Below, one piece after another: positions 30,233-41,320 of a DNA stretch of 64,000 nt. Position 1 is the stretch's first letter. Each line of letters opens with the position of its first letter. The notes beneath the pieces are model-generated. The model did no database searches and was not told the origin of the DNA. It was given only the letters and a program-made list of their open reading frames with translations. The position numbers and the translations under genes were made by a program. The DNA comes from an uncultured Candidatus Actinomarina sp. (GTDB lineage: Bacteria; Actinomycetota; Acidimicrobiia; Actinomarinales; Actinomarinaceae): the NCBI GenBank assembly GCA_902593795.1, contig CACJJR010000001.1:4170-68169 (forward strand), read 5' to 3'.

Positions 30233-31087
30233 CTAATCTACTTTAAATTGGTCTATTTTTGTGTAACTATTTAGAAAAAGTTTAAACTCCGAAAGATATC
30301 TTTCTTGTATTGCATCAAAATAATTCAATGGTGATCTTTTTACTTTTTCATTAAGCCCAAATAAGCTAAATCCAAAATGACTTTCATTTAAACTTTTTAA
30401 CTTACTTTGAATAAATATAGGGTGATCTGAAATTGATGATTCAAAGACATGTTTAGAGAACCTTTCATTTACCATTTTATACCATGCATCAAAAGCTACC
30501 TCAGGATCAGGCCCACCTCTATCACCGTAGTCACCAAACGTCCTTTGCCATGCACGTGCAAATCTTGCTCTATCCTCAGAAATGACTTCTTTAGTTTTAA
30601 AAGTAGAATCATAATTCCAAAATGGAATTTTTACTCTTGGTACATTTTTTTCATTTATATGTACACCGTTTACAGTCGGGTCGCAACCGTCACCTCCGCC
30701 ATTAAACTTTACATTTTTATAACTTTTCTTATTCAAAACCATACCCATTCGTGACTTTGTATGGAATCTAAATGGCGAAAAAAACTGAAATTTTCTCATA
30801 GATAAAGCTGGATAATCATTATATTTTTTCATCAATGTATAAAGTAAATCAAAATCTTTCTCATGAATCATAGTATCTATGTCCATTTTTATTACCCAGT
30901 CACCACTAGCTTTGTTAAAACCGTCATCAAACATTGGTCCAAAATCTGAAAACTCAAATTCCTTTTTAAAATTTTTACCAAGTATTATTACTTCATCTGC
31001 AAGCTTTTCGTAGCAAGCGATAGATTCTTTCCAAGGGTCCATTCTTTCTTCTGGTTCTGTGTATGAGGTGATTATCGATATTTTCAA
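30233..31087 (-). CDS. GT-A (GT2-like) glycosyltransferase
   Basis: ADEVII, ASGDWVIKMDID; strong GGAGG SD upstream. Confidence 0.7.
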   Translation of the reverse strand: MKISIITSYTEPEERMDPWKESIACYEKLADEVIILGKNFKKEFEFSDFGPMFDDGFNKASGDWVIKMDIDTMIHEKDFDLLYTLMKKYNDYPALSMRKFQFFSPFRFHTKSRMGMVLNKKSYKNVKFNGGGDGCDPTVNGVHINEKNVPRVKIPFWNYDSTFKTKEVISEDRARFARAWQRTFGDYGDRGGPDPEVAFDAWYKMVNERFSKHVFESSISDHPIFIQSKLKSLNESHFGFSLFGLNEKVKRSPLNYFDAIQERYLSEFKLFLNSYTKIDQFKVD

Positions 31088-31126
31088 ACTAAAATTATCC
31101 TCCGAATCCTTCCAACCTTAATTTAA

Positions 31127-32257
31127 TTACATAACTAAATTATTAATATCTTTTATCTCTTTTTTAACTAAATCATTTAAATTATATTTGTTATTGATTG
31201 TCTCAAGTGAGTTATTAACTAAATCATCATTACGCGTTTGACTAATTTTATCCAAATGCATAATAGCTTCATTTAAAGATGTTATATTATTATCAAATAA
31301 AATTGAGTTATTGATGTTTAAAAACTCTAAATGGTTTTTTATTTTGCTTGCTATAACAATACAGCCAGCAGACATGGCTTCTAGTACGCTTTTTGGATTG
31401 CCCTCGTACACAGAGCTAGATATATAGAATTTATAATTTTGAAGTTTCTCAACTAATGTTTCATTATTAACTATTCCAAGAAAATTAACAGTTACATTTA
31501 ATTCTTCTGAGAGTTTTTTTAATTCATTCTTTAATGATCCTTCTCCATAAATATCTAATTCATAATTTGTTCCTTTAATTGATCTAATAATCAGCTCGTA
31601 ATTTTTTTGATTTTCGATTCTCCCGACCGAAACTATGGTATTTAATAAATTTTTATTTTTTGTTTGAATATTCTTTTTAGTATCAACCCAATTAGATCTA
31701 ATCTTAATTTTTGAAGAATATTTCTCTGAAAAATTTTTTAATAAAAAATCCTTATCACAAAAACTAGTTACTGTATATAAATCACAATTATCTAAACTTT
31801 TCTTAGTTAGGTATTTAAAAAACAATTTTTTTAGTATATTTTTATTTTCATTAATAGAGAATTCAAACATGTCATAACCAGTTCTAATAATTAAAGGTAT
31901 CTTAAGATTTTTTTTAAATAAATATGATACCCATGAACCTAAAAGCTGATTTTGAATAACCAACTCTGATTTATCTAATTTAACTTCTCTTAAAATTTTT
32001 TTAATAAAAAAAGATTTAATAAAATTTACAATCTTGTAATTAGATTTTTTAATATATTTGTATATAGAAACTACTTCAATAAAATCTTTTTCAATGTGCT
32101 CAAAATCGTTATCTTCACCATATGAAAATATTTTGAATTTGATTTTTTCATTTTCACTTTTTAGAGCTTCAAAATGTTTTATTTCTCTTGCTAATTGACC
32201 AGATTCACTCCAAGTTTTGAGAGAGTAGCCATATGTAAGGAAATAAAGAATCTCCAT
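31127..32257 (-). CDS. GT4 glycosyltransferase
   Basis: VGRIENQKN, YGEG, EGNPKSVLEAMSAG. Confidence 0.9.
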   Translation of the reverse strand: MEILYFLTYGYSLKTWSESGQLAREIKHFEALKSENEKIKFKIFSYGEDNDFEHIEKDFIEVVSIYKYIKKSNYKIVNFIKSFFIKKILREVKLDKSELVIQNQLLGSWVSYLFKKNLKIPLIIRTGYDMFEFSINENKNILKKLFFKYLTKKSLDNCDLYTVTSFCDKDFLLKNFSEKYSSKIKIRSNWVDTKKNIQTKNKNLLNTIVSVGRIENQKNYELIIRSIKGTNYELDIYGEGSLKNELKKLSEELNVTVNFLGIVNNETLVEKLQNYKFYISSSVYEGNPKSVLEAMSAGCIVIASKIKNHLEFLNINNSILFDNNITSLNEAIMHLDKISQTRNDDLVNNSLETINNKYNLNDLVKKEIKDINNLVM

Positions 32258-32390
32258 TTCTAATATTTTAACCTATATTAGGTTATGTAAAATGTATTTT
32301 ATGATTTATAAAAATTTGTATAATTTTAAAACTTTTCTTACCTTTCAGAGAATTGCTCTATTTGCTACTCTTATGGGAAATAGTTAAAGT

Positions 32391-33467
32391 ATGAAAATTG
32401 CCATAGGTTCAAAAATTGTACAAGGCCCTTGGGGTGGTGGTAATTTATTTACAGTTAGTCTTAAAAAATATTTACAAGAAAAACAAGTTAAGGTGTCACA
32501 CAATCTAGTTGAGAAAGATATAGATATTATTTTATTAACAGAGCCTAGAATCGACTCATCTACATCTACCATAACTTTATTAGAAGCAAAACTATATAAG
32601 CGCTTTGTGAACAAAAATGTAAAGATAGTACACAGAATAAACGAGTGTGATGAAAGAAAAGGTACAAAATATGTCAATGAAAAAATGACTGATATAAGTA
32701 AATCAAGTGATTACACAGTTTTTGTGAGCTACTGGTTAGAAAGTCTGTATATAAATTTTGGTTTACTAAAGAAGAATTCTAAAGTAATAATGTCTGGCTC
32801 CGACTTAACAATTTTCAATAATATAAACAAAGTAGTTTGGGATAAGTCTCCAAAACTAAAAATTACCACACATCACTGGGGCAATAATTGGAATAAAGGA
32901 TTTGAATTATACTCTCTACTTGATAACTTACTAGGCAAGCCAGACTTAAAAGAAAAGTTTAGTTTTACTTATATTGGAAACTTACCAAAAGATTTTAAAT
33001 TTAAAAATTCGATACACAGACAACCACTTTTCGGTTCAGAGTTAGCTCAAGAGTTAAAAAAATTTGACTTATATATCACTGGATCTTTAAATGAACCTTC
33101 TGGTAATCATCAAATCGAAGCTTCATTATGTGGACTACCAGTTTTATATTTAAATAGTGGAGGAATTCCAGATTATCAAAAGGGATTTGGAACAGAAATT
33201 ACAAATACAAATTTAGAAGAAAAAATAAATGAAATTTACAAAAATTACGACCATTATTATGAAAAAAACAAAATATTCCCATTTAATTCAGAAAGTATGT
33301 GTGCTGAATATTTCAAGTTGTTTCAAAATTTGTATGAGGAATCATCTACACGAAAAATTAAAATTTACCTTTATATTTATAAAATTTTGTTTAATTTAAA
33401 ACTATTAATGCTTTACAAAAATACAATTGCACAAATCTATTATCAAATCAATAAAGTTAAAGAATAG
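32391..33467 (+). CDS. GT4-like glycosyltransferase
   Basis: GPWGGGN, KG, NEPSGNH.IEA..CGLPV...SGG. Confidence 0.82.
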   Translation: MKIAIGSKIVQGPWGGGNLFTVSLKKYLQEKQVKVSHNLVEKDIDIILLTEPRIDSSTSTITLLEAKLYKRFVNKNVKIVHRINECDERKGTKYVNEKMTDISKSSDYTVFVSYWLESLYINFGLLKKNSKVIMSGSDLTIFNNINKVVWDKSPKLKITTHHWGNNWNKGFELYSLLDNLLGKPDLKEKFSFTYIGNLPKDFKFKNSIHRQPLFGSELAQELKKFDLYITGSLNEPSGNHQIEASLCGLPVLYLNSGGIPDYQKGFGTEITNTNLEEKINEIYKNYDHYYEKNKIFPFNSESMCAEYFKLFQNLYEESSTRKIKIYLYIYKILFNLKLLMLYKNTIAQIYYQINKVKE

Positions 33468-33536
33468 TTAAGTAAGTGTTTAAAAAAAATAAAATACTTT
33501 TCAATATTTTTTTACAATATAATCAATAATGTAACT

Positions 33537-35351
33537 ATGTGCGGATTTTTAGGTTCAATTACTTTTAATGAAATTTCTGATATTGATTTTGAAAAATACA
33601 ATAAGCGTATTGAATGCAGAGGTCCAGATGAAAAAGTCGTTATTTGTAACAAAAATTTTGTAAATCCAAATTTATACCACAACTATACATTCAATAGACT
33701 TTCGATTATTGATTTAAGTAAAAATGCATCTCAGCCAATGCAGTCAAATGAATTTAATTCTCTAATCATGTTCAATGGTGAAATATATAACCATAAAGAG
33801 TTAAGAGCTTTTCTAGAACAAAAAGGAGTTAATTTTAAATCATCTCATTCTGACACTGAAGCATTGTTACTTGGCTTATCTACGATAGGTATGGATTTCT
33901 TGAAAAAACTAAATGGGCAGTTTGCTATTTTTTTTCAAGATATAAATAAAAACGAATACTACTTGGTTAGAGACAGGTTTGGACAAAAGCCTTTATATTT
34001 TGCAAACAATTCTGAAGGGTTTTATTTTGGATCTGATTTAATATCAGTGAAAAATTTATCAAATAATCACAAATTTAATGAGGATCAAATTAAAAATTTT
34101 ATTAATTTTGGCTCATCAATAACACCTAGTTCTTTTTTTAGCAATGTTTTTTCTGTAAACCCAGGTGAATTTATAAAAATTTCTGTTTCAAAAGATAATT
34201 TTGAAATAAATAAATACAATTACTGGAATTTATCAAGCTTTCTTGATGATAAAGAATTTATAGATGAAGAATTTATTGACATATTTGAAGACAGTGTCGA
34301 AAAACGATTAGAAAGCGATGTTCCTGTATCTAGTTTTTTATCAGGAGGCTTAGACTCTTCAGCCGTTATTAAAGCTTTAAACAAAAAAAAGAGAAGTATT
34401 AATACATTTTCAATGATTACTAAATCAAAAATATTTAATGAAAGTGAATACATTAATCAAGTTGTCAAAAAATACAATACTAATCATACATATAGAGAAA
34501 TTAGTGATGAATTAAGTTTTGAAAATATAAAGACAATTATTTCAAAATATGATGACATAATATATGATCCTTCACTTTTACCGACATATATTCTATCAAA
34601 AAATATTTCAGAGGATTACAAGGTTGCCTTGTCTGGGGACGGAGGCGATGAACTGTTATCTGGCTACGCGCATTACACTAACTTTCAAAATAAAAATAAA
34701 TATCCTGATTATTTTATAGGTTTACTTTTTAAGCTATATCCTTCAATTTTTGGCACAGGAAATACTATTCTTAAAAAGTCTAATGACTGGAAGGAAGCAT
34801 TTTCTTCTTATTATGAAGATAAAAAATTAATGAGCCTATTAAGCATAAGAGATTTTTCAGATTTTAGAGACAAATATTTGCACGAAATGGATGAAAGTTG
34901 GAAGTCTCTAATGATTACCGATTATAATTTTTTTCTAAATGAAATGATGCTTAAAAAGATTGATAGATCTTCTATGCTGAATTCATTAGAAATTAGATCT
35001 CCTTTTTTAGATCATAGGCTTGCAGAATATGTAGTTAGTCATAATTATTTAGTTAAAGGTGATAACTTTTCTTCAAAAAAAATAATCAAGAATTACTTAT
35101 CAGAGGATTTTGATAACAGCTTTATTGAGCGAACGAAAATGGGATTCTCTATAGATATTAAAAATATAGTATCAGTAAATCAGGAAGAAATAATAGAAAC
35201 TATATTATTCTCTCCGTTAGAAAATTTTATAGATTTAAAAAACGTTAAGAGATTAAAATTTTTAAATTCGAGGATGAATGCATTACGATTATGGAAACTA
35301 TATTCTATAAGCATGTTCCTAGAGAACAACAAAACTAAAAGTACTACTTAA
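33537..35351 (+). CDS. asnB: Asparagine synthase-like glutamine amidotransferase (glycan amidation)
   Basis: MCG N-terminus, RGPD, RLSIID, FNGEIYN, LSGGLDSS, SGDGGDE, RSPFLD. Confidence 0.92.
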   Translation: MCGFLGSITFNEISDIDFEKYNKRIECRGPDEKVVICNKNFVNPNLYHNYTFNRLSIIDLSKNASQPMQSNEFNSLIMFNGEIYNHKELRAFLEQKGVNFKSSHSDTEALLLGLSTIGMDFLKKLNGQFAIFFQDINKNEYYLVRDRFGQKPLYFANNSEGFYFGSDLISVKNLSNNHKFNEDQIKNFINFGSSITPSSFFSNVFSVNPGEFIKISVSKDNFEINKYNYWNLSSFLDDKEFIDEEFIDIFEDSVEKRLESDVPVSSFLSGGLDSSAVIKALNKKKRSINTFSMITKSKIFNESEYINQVVKKYNTNHTYREISDELSFENIKTIISKYDDIIYDPSLLPTYILSKNISEDYKVALSGDGGDELLSGYAHYTNFQNKNKYPDYFIGLLFKLYPSIFGTGNTILKKSNDWKEAFSSYYEDKKLMSLLSIRDFSDFRDKYLHEMDESWKSLMITDYNFFLNEMMLKKIDRSSMLNSLEIRSPFLDHRLAEYVVSHNYLVKGDNFSSKKIIKNYLSEDFDNSFIERTKMGFSIDIKNIVSVNQEEIIETILFSPLENFIDLKNVKRLKFLNSRMNALRLWKLYSISMFLENNKTKSTT

Positions 35352-35408
35352 TTTAAATAAAAACTTTATACTCAACTAACATTATTACGTCATACAAAGG
35401 TAAATATT

Positions 35409-36371
35409 TTGAAAGTTGTCATAACTGGTGCATCTGGACAAGATGGTATATTTTTAACAGATAAAATATTAAGAGAAACAAATGCAGAAGTTTATGCATG
35501 CACAAGGAAAAAAAATAATTTTGACTTTAAAAAACTTCAATATCTAAAAAATCAAGAAGATATGTCCAGAGTAAAAATAGTTGAATTAGATTATCTCAAT
35601 TATGACGAAATTTACAACTTTTTAGCAGATGCTAAGCCAAATTTTTTGTATAACTTAATGGGTCCTAGTTCTGTAAAAAGTTTTATTGAAAATCCAATAA
35701 AAATGACAGATGAAACCCTAAATAGTTTCAAAAATATAACTAACGCTCTAATCAATACAAATAATTTTTGTAACTTTTATCAATCGTCTTCTTCGGAAAT
35801 GTATGGGTATGATTCCGAAACTCCTTTTGACGAAATTTCGGAGTTTAAACCAAATACACCATATGCAAAAGCTAAGTTAGAAATACATAATGAAACCTTA
35901 AAATTTATAGAAAAATACGATTGGAAAATAATTTCAGGAATTATGTTTAATCATGAATCTGAATTCAGAACTTCAAATTTTTTAGTTATGAATCTTGTTG
36001 AAAACGCTATCAAAATAAAAAATAATAATAATTTAAAACTATCTATTCCAAGTTTGGAAATCTCAAGAGATTGGACATATGCAAAAGAAACTTGTGAAGG
36101 TATATTCCAATTAATCGAAAATAATCATTCTGGGACGTTTGTGATTGGGTCAGGTGTTGCGATAAGTATTAAAGACATTTGTAAATATATTTTTGAAAAA
36201 GTGGATTTAAATTTTGAAGATTTTATAGATGTAAATCCTGCATCTATGAGAAGTGGCGAACCAATTCATGTTCAAAGTAATCCAAAAAAAATAAGAGACT
36301 CAATTGGCTGGTTTGCAAAACAAAGCATTTTTGACATAATTGATAAAATGTTCTTTTACAAAAATTTATAA
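35409..36371 (+). CDS. Divergent GDP-mannose dehydratase-like SDR (possibly GDP-4-keto-6-deoxymannose reductase)
   Basis: TGASGQDG, QSSSSEMYG, PYAKAK, FNHES, RDW. Confidence 0.78.
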   Translation: MKVVITGASGQDGIFLTDKILRETNAEVYACTRKKNNFDFKKLQYLKNQEDMSRVKIVELDYLNYDEIYNFLADAKPNFLYNLMGPSSVKSFIENPIKMTDETLNSFKNITNALINTNNFCNFYQSSSSEMYGYDSETPFDEISEFKPNTPYAKAKLEIHNETLKFIEKYDWKIISGIMFNHESEFRTSNFLVMNLVENAIKIKNNNNLKLSIPSLEISRDWTYAKETCEGIFQLIENNHSGTFVIGSGVAISIKDICKYIFEKVDLNFEDFIDVNPASMRSGEPIHVQSNPKKIRDSIGWFAKQSIFDIIDKMFFYKNL

Positions 36372-36373
36372 AT

Positions 36374-36967
36374 TTATCCTAGAGAATTTTCCCAAATTTT
36401 TATTTCATCATAATCAACCATTGTATAATCAGGAAAATACTCTATGTCCTTCAACTCTTTTATAACTTTATCAATTTCATTAATCCTGCCCCATCTTGAT
36501 GGTGAGACCAAACATGATTTAAATTTTTTTATAATTTCTAAATTTTGTTTTTCAATAGGAAGTTTGTTGAATGTATCAATCCACATCCAGTCAACTTTGT
36601 TTACCAAGTTTGAGGATGTCTTGATGTCTTCAAACTCTGAAAATCTCGTAGAAAGATACTGTCCTTTATCTTCATAGTTTTTAATTAAATAAGGAAATTC
36701 AATATCTAATAAGAAAAAGTTATCAATTTTATTCCTTTTTAATGTTTCTATTACAATATCTTCTATTCCAGAATCCTTTATATTTGCCACAAGAATTTTA
36801 TGACTATAATTCTGTAAAAATTTTTCAAACTCTGTGCTGCAATCAGAAGGTTCGTGACATAATACCAACTTATTATTCCTAATTCTTAGATCAAGCTCTA
36901 TTCCGTAATTAGTTGGTATTTTGCTTAACTTTTCTTCTGTATTGACCTTATGAACTATATATTCCAC
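36374..36967 (-). CDS. PLC/GDPD-like phosphodiesterase-fold protein
   Basis: H.VN, GIELDLR, HEP, NIK, R.SEFE, WID.F, LVSP. Confidence 0.6.
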   Translation of the reverse strand: MEYIVHKVNTEEKLSKIPTNYGIELDLRIRNNKLVLCHEPSDCSTEFEKFLQNYSHKILVANIKDSGIEDIVIETLKRNKIDNFFLLDIEFPYLIKNYEDKGQYLSTRFSEFEDIKTSSNLVNKVDWMWIDTFNKLPIEKQNLEIIKKFKSCLVSPSRWGRINEIDKVIKELKDIEYFPDYTMVDYDEIKIWENSLG

Positions 36968-36983
36968 ACTACAATTTTACAAT

Positions 36984-38510
36984 ATGAGCGAAACTTTTCT
37001 TAAACTAAGAAAATTGAATGATATAAATCTAGAAAAATCTTTAATTTATATAAACTACTTTTCACTAATCGTATTAATTTATGTAATTTTTAGATTATTG
37101 TTCATTGCATTTTTCCAAAATAGCTACGAACTATTATTTACAGATGAAAGAATAATTATCAATGATATATACAACGTATGGAATTTAGATAATGAGTTTG
37201 ATAGATACGGTAATGTAGAAAATCAAACTTTGAAAAATGTTTTATTAGTAATAACTGAGATTGTATATGGAGGTGATCTTAGGTATGGAAGAATATGGTC
37301 AAATATCTTTATTTTTTTACTTGGACCTTTTTCACTAATAAACGACCAGGTGCTTATTACTGCTGTTAGGGTTTTTACAATTTTTATTTATTTTATTTCT
37401 ATAAATTTACTTATAAATTTATTTTTAGATAAAAATTTAAAGTGGTTTTATTTACTACTGTTTTACTCCATACCAGGGGCATTTTATTTTAATATTGTCC
37501 CAAAACCAGATCCTTTTGTAATACTGTTCATTGCTTTTGCTCTTTTATCAATAAAAAAAGAAAATTTTAATTGGGCATTATTTTTACTAGGTGTAGCAAC
37601 CGGAGTAAAGGTAGTAGGAATATTTGCATTAGCTTTAGTTGTTATATATCTATTACTTACTAATAAAATTAAAGTTAAAATTTCTTCTTTCTTTAAAATT
37701 TTACTATTACCTTGGTGCGGTCTTATATTTGCAAATCCTATACTTTTAATTCCACCTTTAAATATTGGGTCTCTGCCAAATTTTTATAAAATATACTACA
37801 ACTGGATAAACTCACAGTCCTTATACGGACAAGAAGAAAGATTTAATATTAACCATTTAACGCTTTGGTCAGACAGTATAAGCTTACAATTCTCATTTAA
37901 TTTATTAAAAAGTTCTGTATTTACATTTTTTCTAATAATTATTGTTTTGTATGTTGCGTTGCAGCTAGTTAGAAATAAACAGTATTTGATTTTTACTCTC
38001 ATAACTATCGGAGTAAGCCATCTATTTTTTATTTTCTTGTCAGTTGAGAGACAATGGTTAATGTATTTAAATTTCTCATTTATTTTTATATTTATTGGTT
38101 TGATTTACTTTATAACTAACACCTCTAAAAGAAAACATTTATTAATAATCTTTTTGTTTTTTACGGTAATCCCAACTGGAATTTACAATTTAAATGACTC
38201 TTTTTCTACAAAAAATCTTGAGGACACGACTGATATACAAGATATTGAACTTGTAATAAATAAAATAAATACTCTCTACAAATCAAAATCTAATAGTTTC
38301 AATATCGTCTATTGGGATCCAAAATATGGCATGGCAAGAAATAATGTCACTCATGTAGGAAGCTTCGGAATAAAAGAGCACTGGGAATTTAAAAACTTGA
38401 ATGACACTTTACAAAAAAGTGATTTTTATATAACTAAAGTAACAAAATTAAATAACGATTTTCTTTTTGATACTGCGGGAGAATATTTTATCTATTACAA
38501 AAATAATTAA
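36984..38510 (+). CDS. GT-C-like membrane glycosyltransferase
   Basis: TM1 followed by DE, then YG, PKPDP, GVATGVK motifs; multi-TM. Confidence 0.65.
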   Translation: MSETFLKLRKLNDINLEKSLIYINYFSLIVLIYVIFRLLFIAFFQNSYELLFTDERIIINDIYNVWNLDNEFDRYGNVENQTLKNVLLVITEIVYGGDLRYGRIWSNIFIFLLGPFSLINDQVLITAVRVFTIFIYFISINLLINLFLDKNLKWFYLLLFYSIPGAFYFNIVPKPDPFVILFIAFALLSIKKENFNWALFLLGVATGVKVVGIFALALVVIYLLLTNKIKVKISSFFKILLLPWCGLIFANPILLIPPLNIGSLPNFYKIYYNWINSQSLYGQEERFNINHLTLWSDSISLQFSFNLLKSSVFTFFLIIIVLYVALQLVRNKQYLIFTLITIGVSHLFFIFLSVERQWLMYLNFSFIFIFIGLIYFITNTSKRKHLLIIFLFFTVIPTGIYNLNDSFSTKNLEDTTDIQDIELVINKINTLYKSKSNSFNIVYWDPKYGMARNNVTHVGSFGIKEHWEFKNLNDTLQKSDFYITKVTKLNNDFLFDTAGEYFIYYKNN

Positions 38511-38530
38511 AAAAGTGTGTGTATTTGCTC

Positions 38531-39487
38531 TTAATTTTTAATAACTTTTGATTGATCTTTTGATAATATTCTCATCAAATTTTTTTTATTATTATAGAAT
38601 TTACCAACAGGTATGTAGTCATCTATTTGATAAGAGTGGACATCAACATATTGCTTGTTTATCATTGTGGGGTTTAGGTGTTCCTCTAAAAATAAATTTG
38701 AATGATAAAAATTTTCAAGCTTTTGCGACATAAGTGCAGCTGAAATAGGAAAACCGCTAACACCAGAAGTTGCCAGATTTTTGGCATTTAATAGTATATT
38801 AAAATCCTCTTCAAAAGTTCCTGACTGAATATAAAATCGTTTATCTTTTTTTAAATATTCTAAAACAGGATTGTTATGAATCTTCCCACAAACAACAATG
38901 ACTTTTTCAAACTCTTTAGATATTTTTAAGAAGTAACCAAGTGGATTTTGAGTATAAAGACTGTGCCAATCTCCATTGAAAATATCACCTGTTCTTATAT
39001 GTATAACTAAGGTGTTCTCTTCAATATGTATGTCCTTCTTTATTGTTAGTTTTTTATAAAGATAGTTTTTATTAAAATCATGAATTTCGTCTATATATCT
39101 TATTTTTTCATTTTCTAAAATAGGAAAGTCATTTTCTTCATTATTAAAATAATCATTTCTTTTATTGAAATTTGTTTCTGGTCTATTAAAGTAAAAAAAT
39201 CTATATTTCTTTTTCAAAAAAGACAATCTTGAACTGTTTTTATCTTCGATAATTTTAAAATCTTGAAAATACGGATGCTCAATTGAGAAAAAGTTGTATT
39301 TATTAAATTTACAATAAAGTGCACCGAGAGATAATTGCTGAACATGCGTAGCAAAAGCAACCATACTGGAATCACCAGTAAAGTGAGAAATTGTGAAGTT
39401 TGAAGTAGGTATGTATCTATTAATCATGAAATAGATTCTTGGTTCGAACCTTCTAAGGTTACTTAAGTAGTTTTTAACCATTAACAA
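38531..39487 (-). CDS. GT11/GT23-like fucosyltransferase-fold protein
   Basis: VIHIRTGD, P..YF, EDF..L..A, SGF. Confidence 0.68.
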   Translation of the reverse strand: MLMVKNYLSNLRRFEPRIYFMINRYIPTSNFTISHFTGDSSMVAFATHVQQLSLGALYCKFNKYNFFSIEHPYFQDFKIIEDKNSSRLSFLKKKYRFFYFNRPETNFNKRNDYFNNEENDFPILENEKIRYIDEIHDFNKNYLYKKLTIKKDIHIEENTLVIHIRTGDIFNGDWHSLYTQNPLGYFLKISKEFEKVIVVCGKIHNNPVLEYLKKDKRFYIQSGTFEEDFNILLNAKNLATSGVSGFPISAALMSQKLENFYHSNLFLEEHLNPTMINKQYVDVHSYQIDDYIPVGKFYNNKKNLMRILSKDQSKVIKN

Positions 39488-39546
39488 ATTCTAATCGTTT
39501 GGTACTTTCAAATAGTAGAACCATTTAAACAATTTTTAATCAAATA

Positions 39547-40920
39547 TCAAAAACTATAAAAATTTATTGGAAAATGTGACAAAAAAGTTTGAAAATTGTA
39601 TATATAAATTACAAATAGAATTGTTAGTAAGAAATTGTATTTTTTTAAATCTGAATACTTTAATTTTTCAAATTCTATTGAAGCCATAAAAACAATTAGA
39701 TGAAACATTTGAATTATATAAGTTGATTTAATTGTGTCACCTGTACTAACAGGGTACGAAATAGCAAAGATTAGAAAGCCAAAAAAACTAAATAAAACTC
39801 CATAATTAATGTATTGAATTATTAAATTTTTTTTATTTTTTTTAAATGTTATGACATAATAAGTAAGAATTATTACCGTAGTTACAATCGATAATGAAAC
39901 TGCATTAGATAAATAGTCTCCAATTAATGCCTGATTTCTTCCAACATCTAAAAATCTGGATGTAAATGAAAAATAGCCCCAATAATCCCCCCATAAATCT
40001 GTATATAAGATAGATATATATTGATTGTCCAAATAAGGTCTTATCGGTTTTGTAAATATATATGTTAATTGATCTAAATTTGGTATATAAAAGTTTAATG
40101 GTTGATTGTAGATTGAAAATTTTGTAGGTTCCATATTAAATGCAGTAAAACTTCCATTATTTCTATATAAATTAAAATAAAACCAACTTGATATACCAGC
40201 ACCAATCAGTGCACTAAGAGACCATGTCTTAAAATATAATCTTTTAAATTTATTTCTTTTTGAAAATAGTAAAACTATTAGTGGCAGAAACAATAAAAAA
40301 GCCCATTGTCTACTCAACGCTAAACATCCAATAATAAAACCTAAAGCCAGAACATTTTTATAATTAAATTCATAATTTGAATTGTCTAATTTTAAAATCC
40401 ATAATATAAATAAGCTAAGAAAAAATAGTATATAGGGTTCACCTCTAATCATAGAGATTGTTCGGTAATTCACTGCAAGTAATGAAATCAATATAAAGTA
40501 GCTTGAATTAAGAAAATTACTTTGTTTAGTAAATTTTTTAAGTGTGTAAATATTTATAAAAATAGTTAAAAGATATAAAAAAGATTGAAATATTTGTGTA
40601 AAGTTTGCATAAATTGGCTGACATTCAGAAATATAATTACTACTTTTAATTATATTTCTGCAAAAAACCTGGACTATTGAAGGGAAAAAATAGGCCAAAG
40701 GTGGATTAAAAAATTCCCTAGTTTCACTAGCACTGGGAATGTTAAAGTCATAAGGTAGATATCTTGCTATGTGATCAACATACAAAAAATGTGCTTCAGC
40801 ATCATATCCAAGGGAAGGGCTGTAGTGAAAAATATTATAAATTAGAATATAAATTGTTGATAACATTAATAAATAAAAAATTGCATCAGAATACTTCAAT
40901 TTTTTATTTAATAAAAACAT
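39547..40920 (-). CDS. GT-C (ArnT/PMT-like) membrane glycosyltransferase
   Basis: GYD...H..Y, FNPPLAY, RGEP, multi-TM. Confidence 0.7.
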   Translation of the reverse strand: MFLLNKKLKYSDAIFYLLMLSTIYILIYNIFHYSPSLGYDAEAHFLYVDHIARYLPYDFNIPSASETREFFNPPLAYFFPSIVQVFCRNIIKSSNYISECQPIYANFTQIFQSFLYLLTIFINIYTLKKFTKQSNFLNSSYFILISLLAVNYRTISMIRGEPYILFFLSLFILWILKLDNSNYEFNYKNVLALGFIIGCLALSRQWAFLLFLPLIVLLFSKRNKFKRLYFKTWSLSALIGAGISSWFYFNLYRNNGSFTAFNMEPTKFSIYNQPLNFYIPNLDQLTYIFTKPIRPYLDNQYISILYTDLWGDYWGYFSFTSRFLDVGRNQALIGDYLSNAVSLSIVTTVIILTYYVITFKKNKKNLIIQYINYGVLFSFFGFLIFAISYPVSTGDTIKSTYIIQMFHLIVFMASIEFEKLKYSDLKKYNFLLTILFVIYIYNFQTFLSHFPINFYSF

Positions 40921-41014
40921 TTAACTTCTTTAATATCTTATAGTCAGTTTATTAATTTATGAAAGATTATATTTATCTATATTGCTTTTTTGCTAGAAAT
41001 TTTTTTTTCTTACT

Positions 41015-41020
41015 TATAAT
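41015..41020 (+). promoter_or_regulatory. -10 box (TATAAT) of probable leaderless promoter
   Basis: TATAAT-6 nt-ATG at 41027, no SD. Confidence 0.55.
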
Positions 41021-41026
41021 CAATGT

Positions 41027-41320
41027 ATGTATTCAGTTGAGTGGTTATGTGGAGTGAAAAACTCACAACAAAGTTACAAAAATATTGATTTAAATGGAAA
41101 CTTTATTTTTGAAAATGATCCAAACTTTACAGATATACAGCTTTGGGATAGACTCAACAGAACTCTTGTTGTAAATTCTTTTGATGAATGCGAACATTAT
41201 GTTTTAGGAGGTTGGAGTTACACTCAAAACCTAAACATCGAACACTTTTCACAACTAGTAATTATTATTTTATTATCTTCGATGTTGGTGTTTAGAAGAA
41301 AGCACTTTTTCAAAAATTGA
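41027..41320 (+). CDS. Small two-Cys protein with C-terminal TM anchor, paralog of 54344..54643
   Basis: CG, NFIF..DPNFT, NS..EC..YV.GGW shared with paralog; coupled to next gene. Confidence 0.8.
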   Translation: MYSVEWLCGVKNSQQSYKNIDLNGNFIFENDPNFTDIQLWDRLNRTLVVNSFDECEHYVLGGWSYTQNLNIEHFSQLVIIILLSSMLVFRRKHFFKN

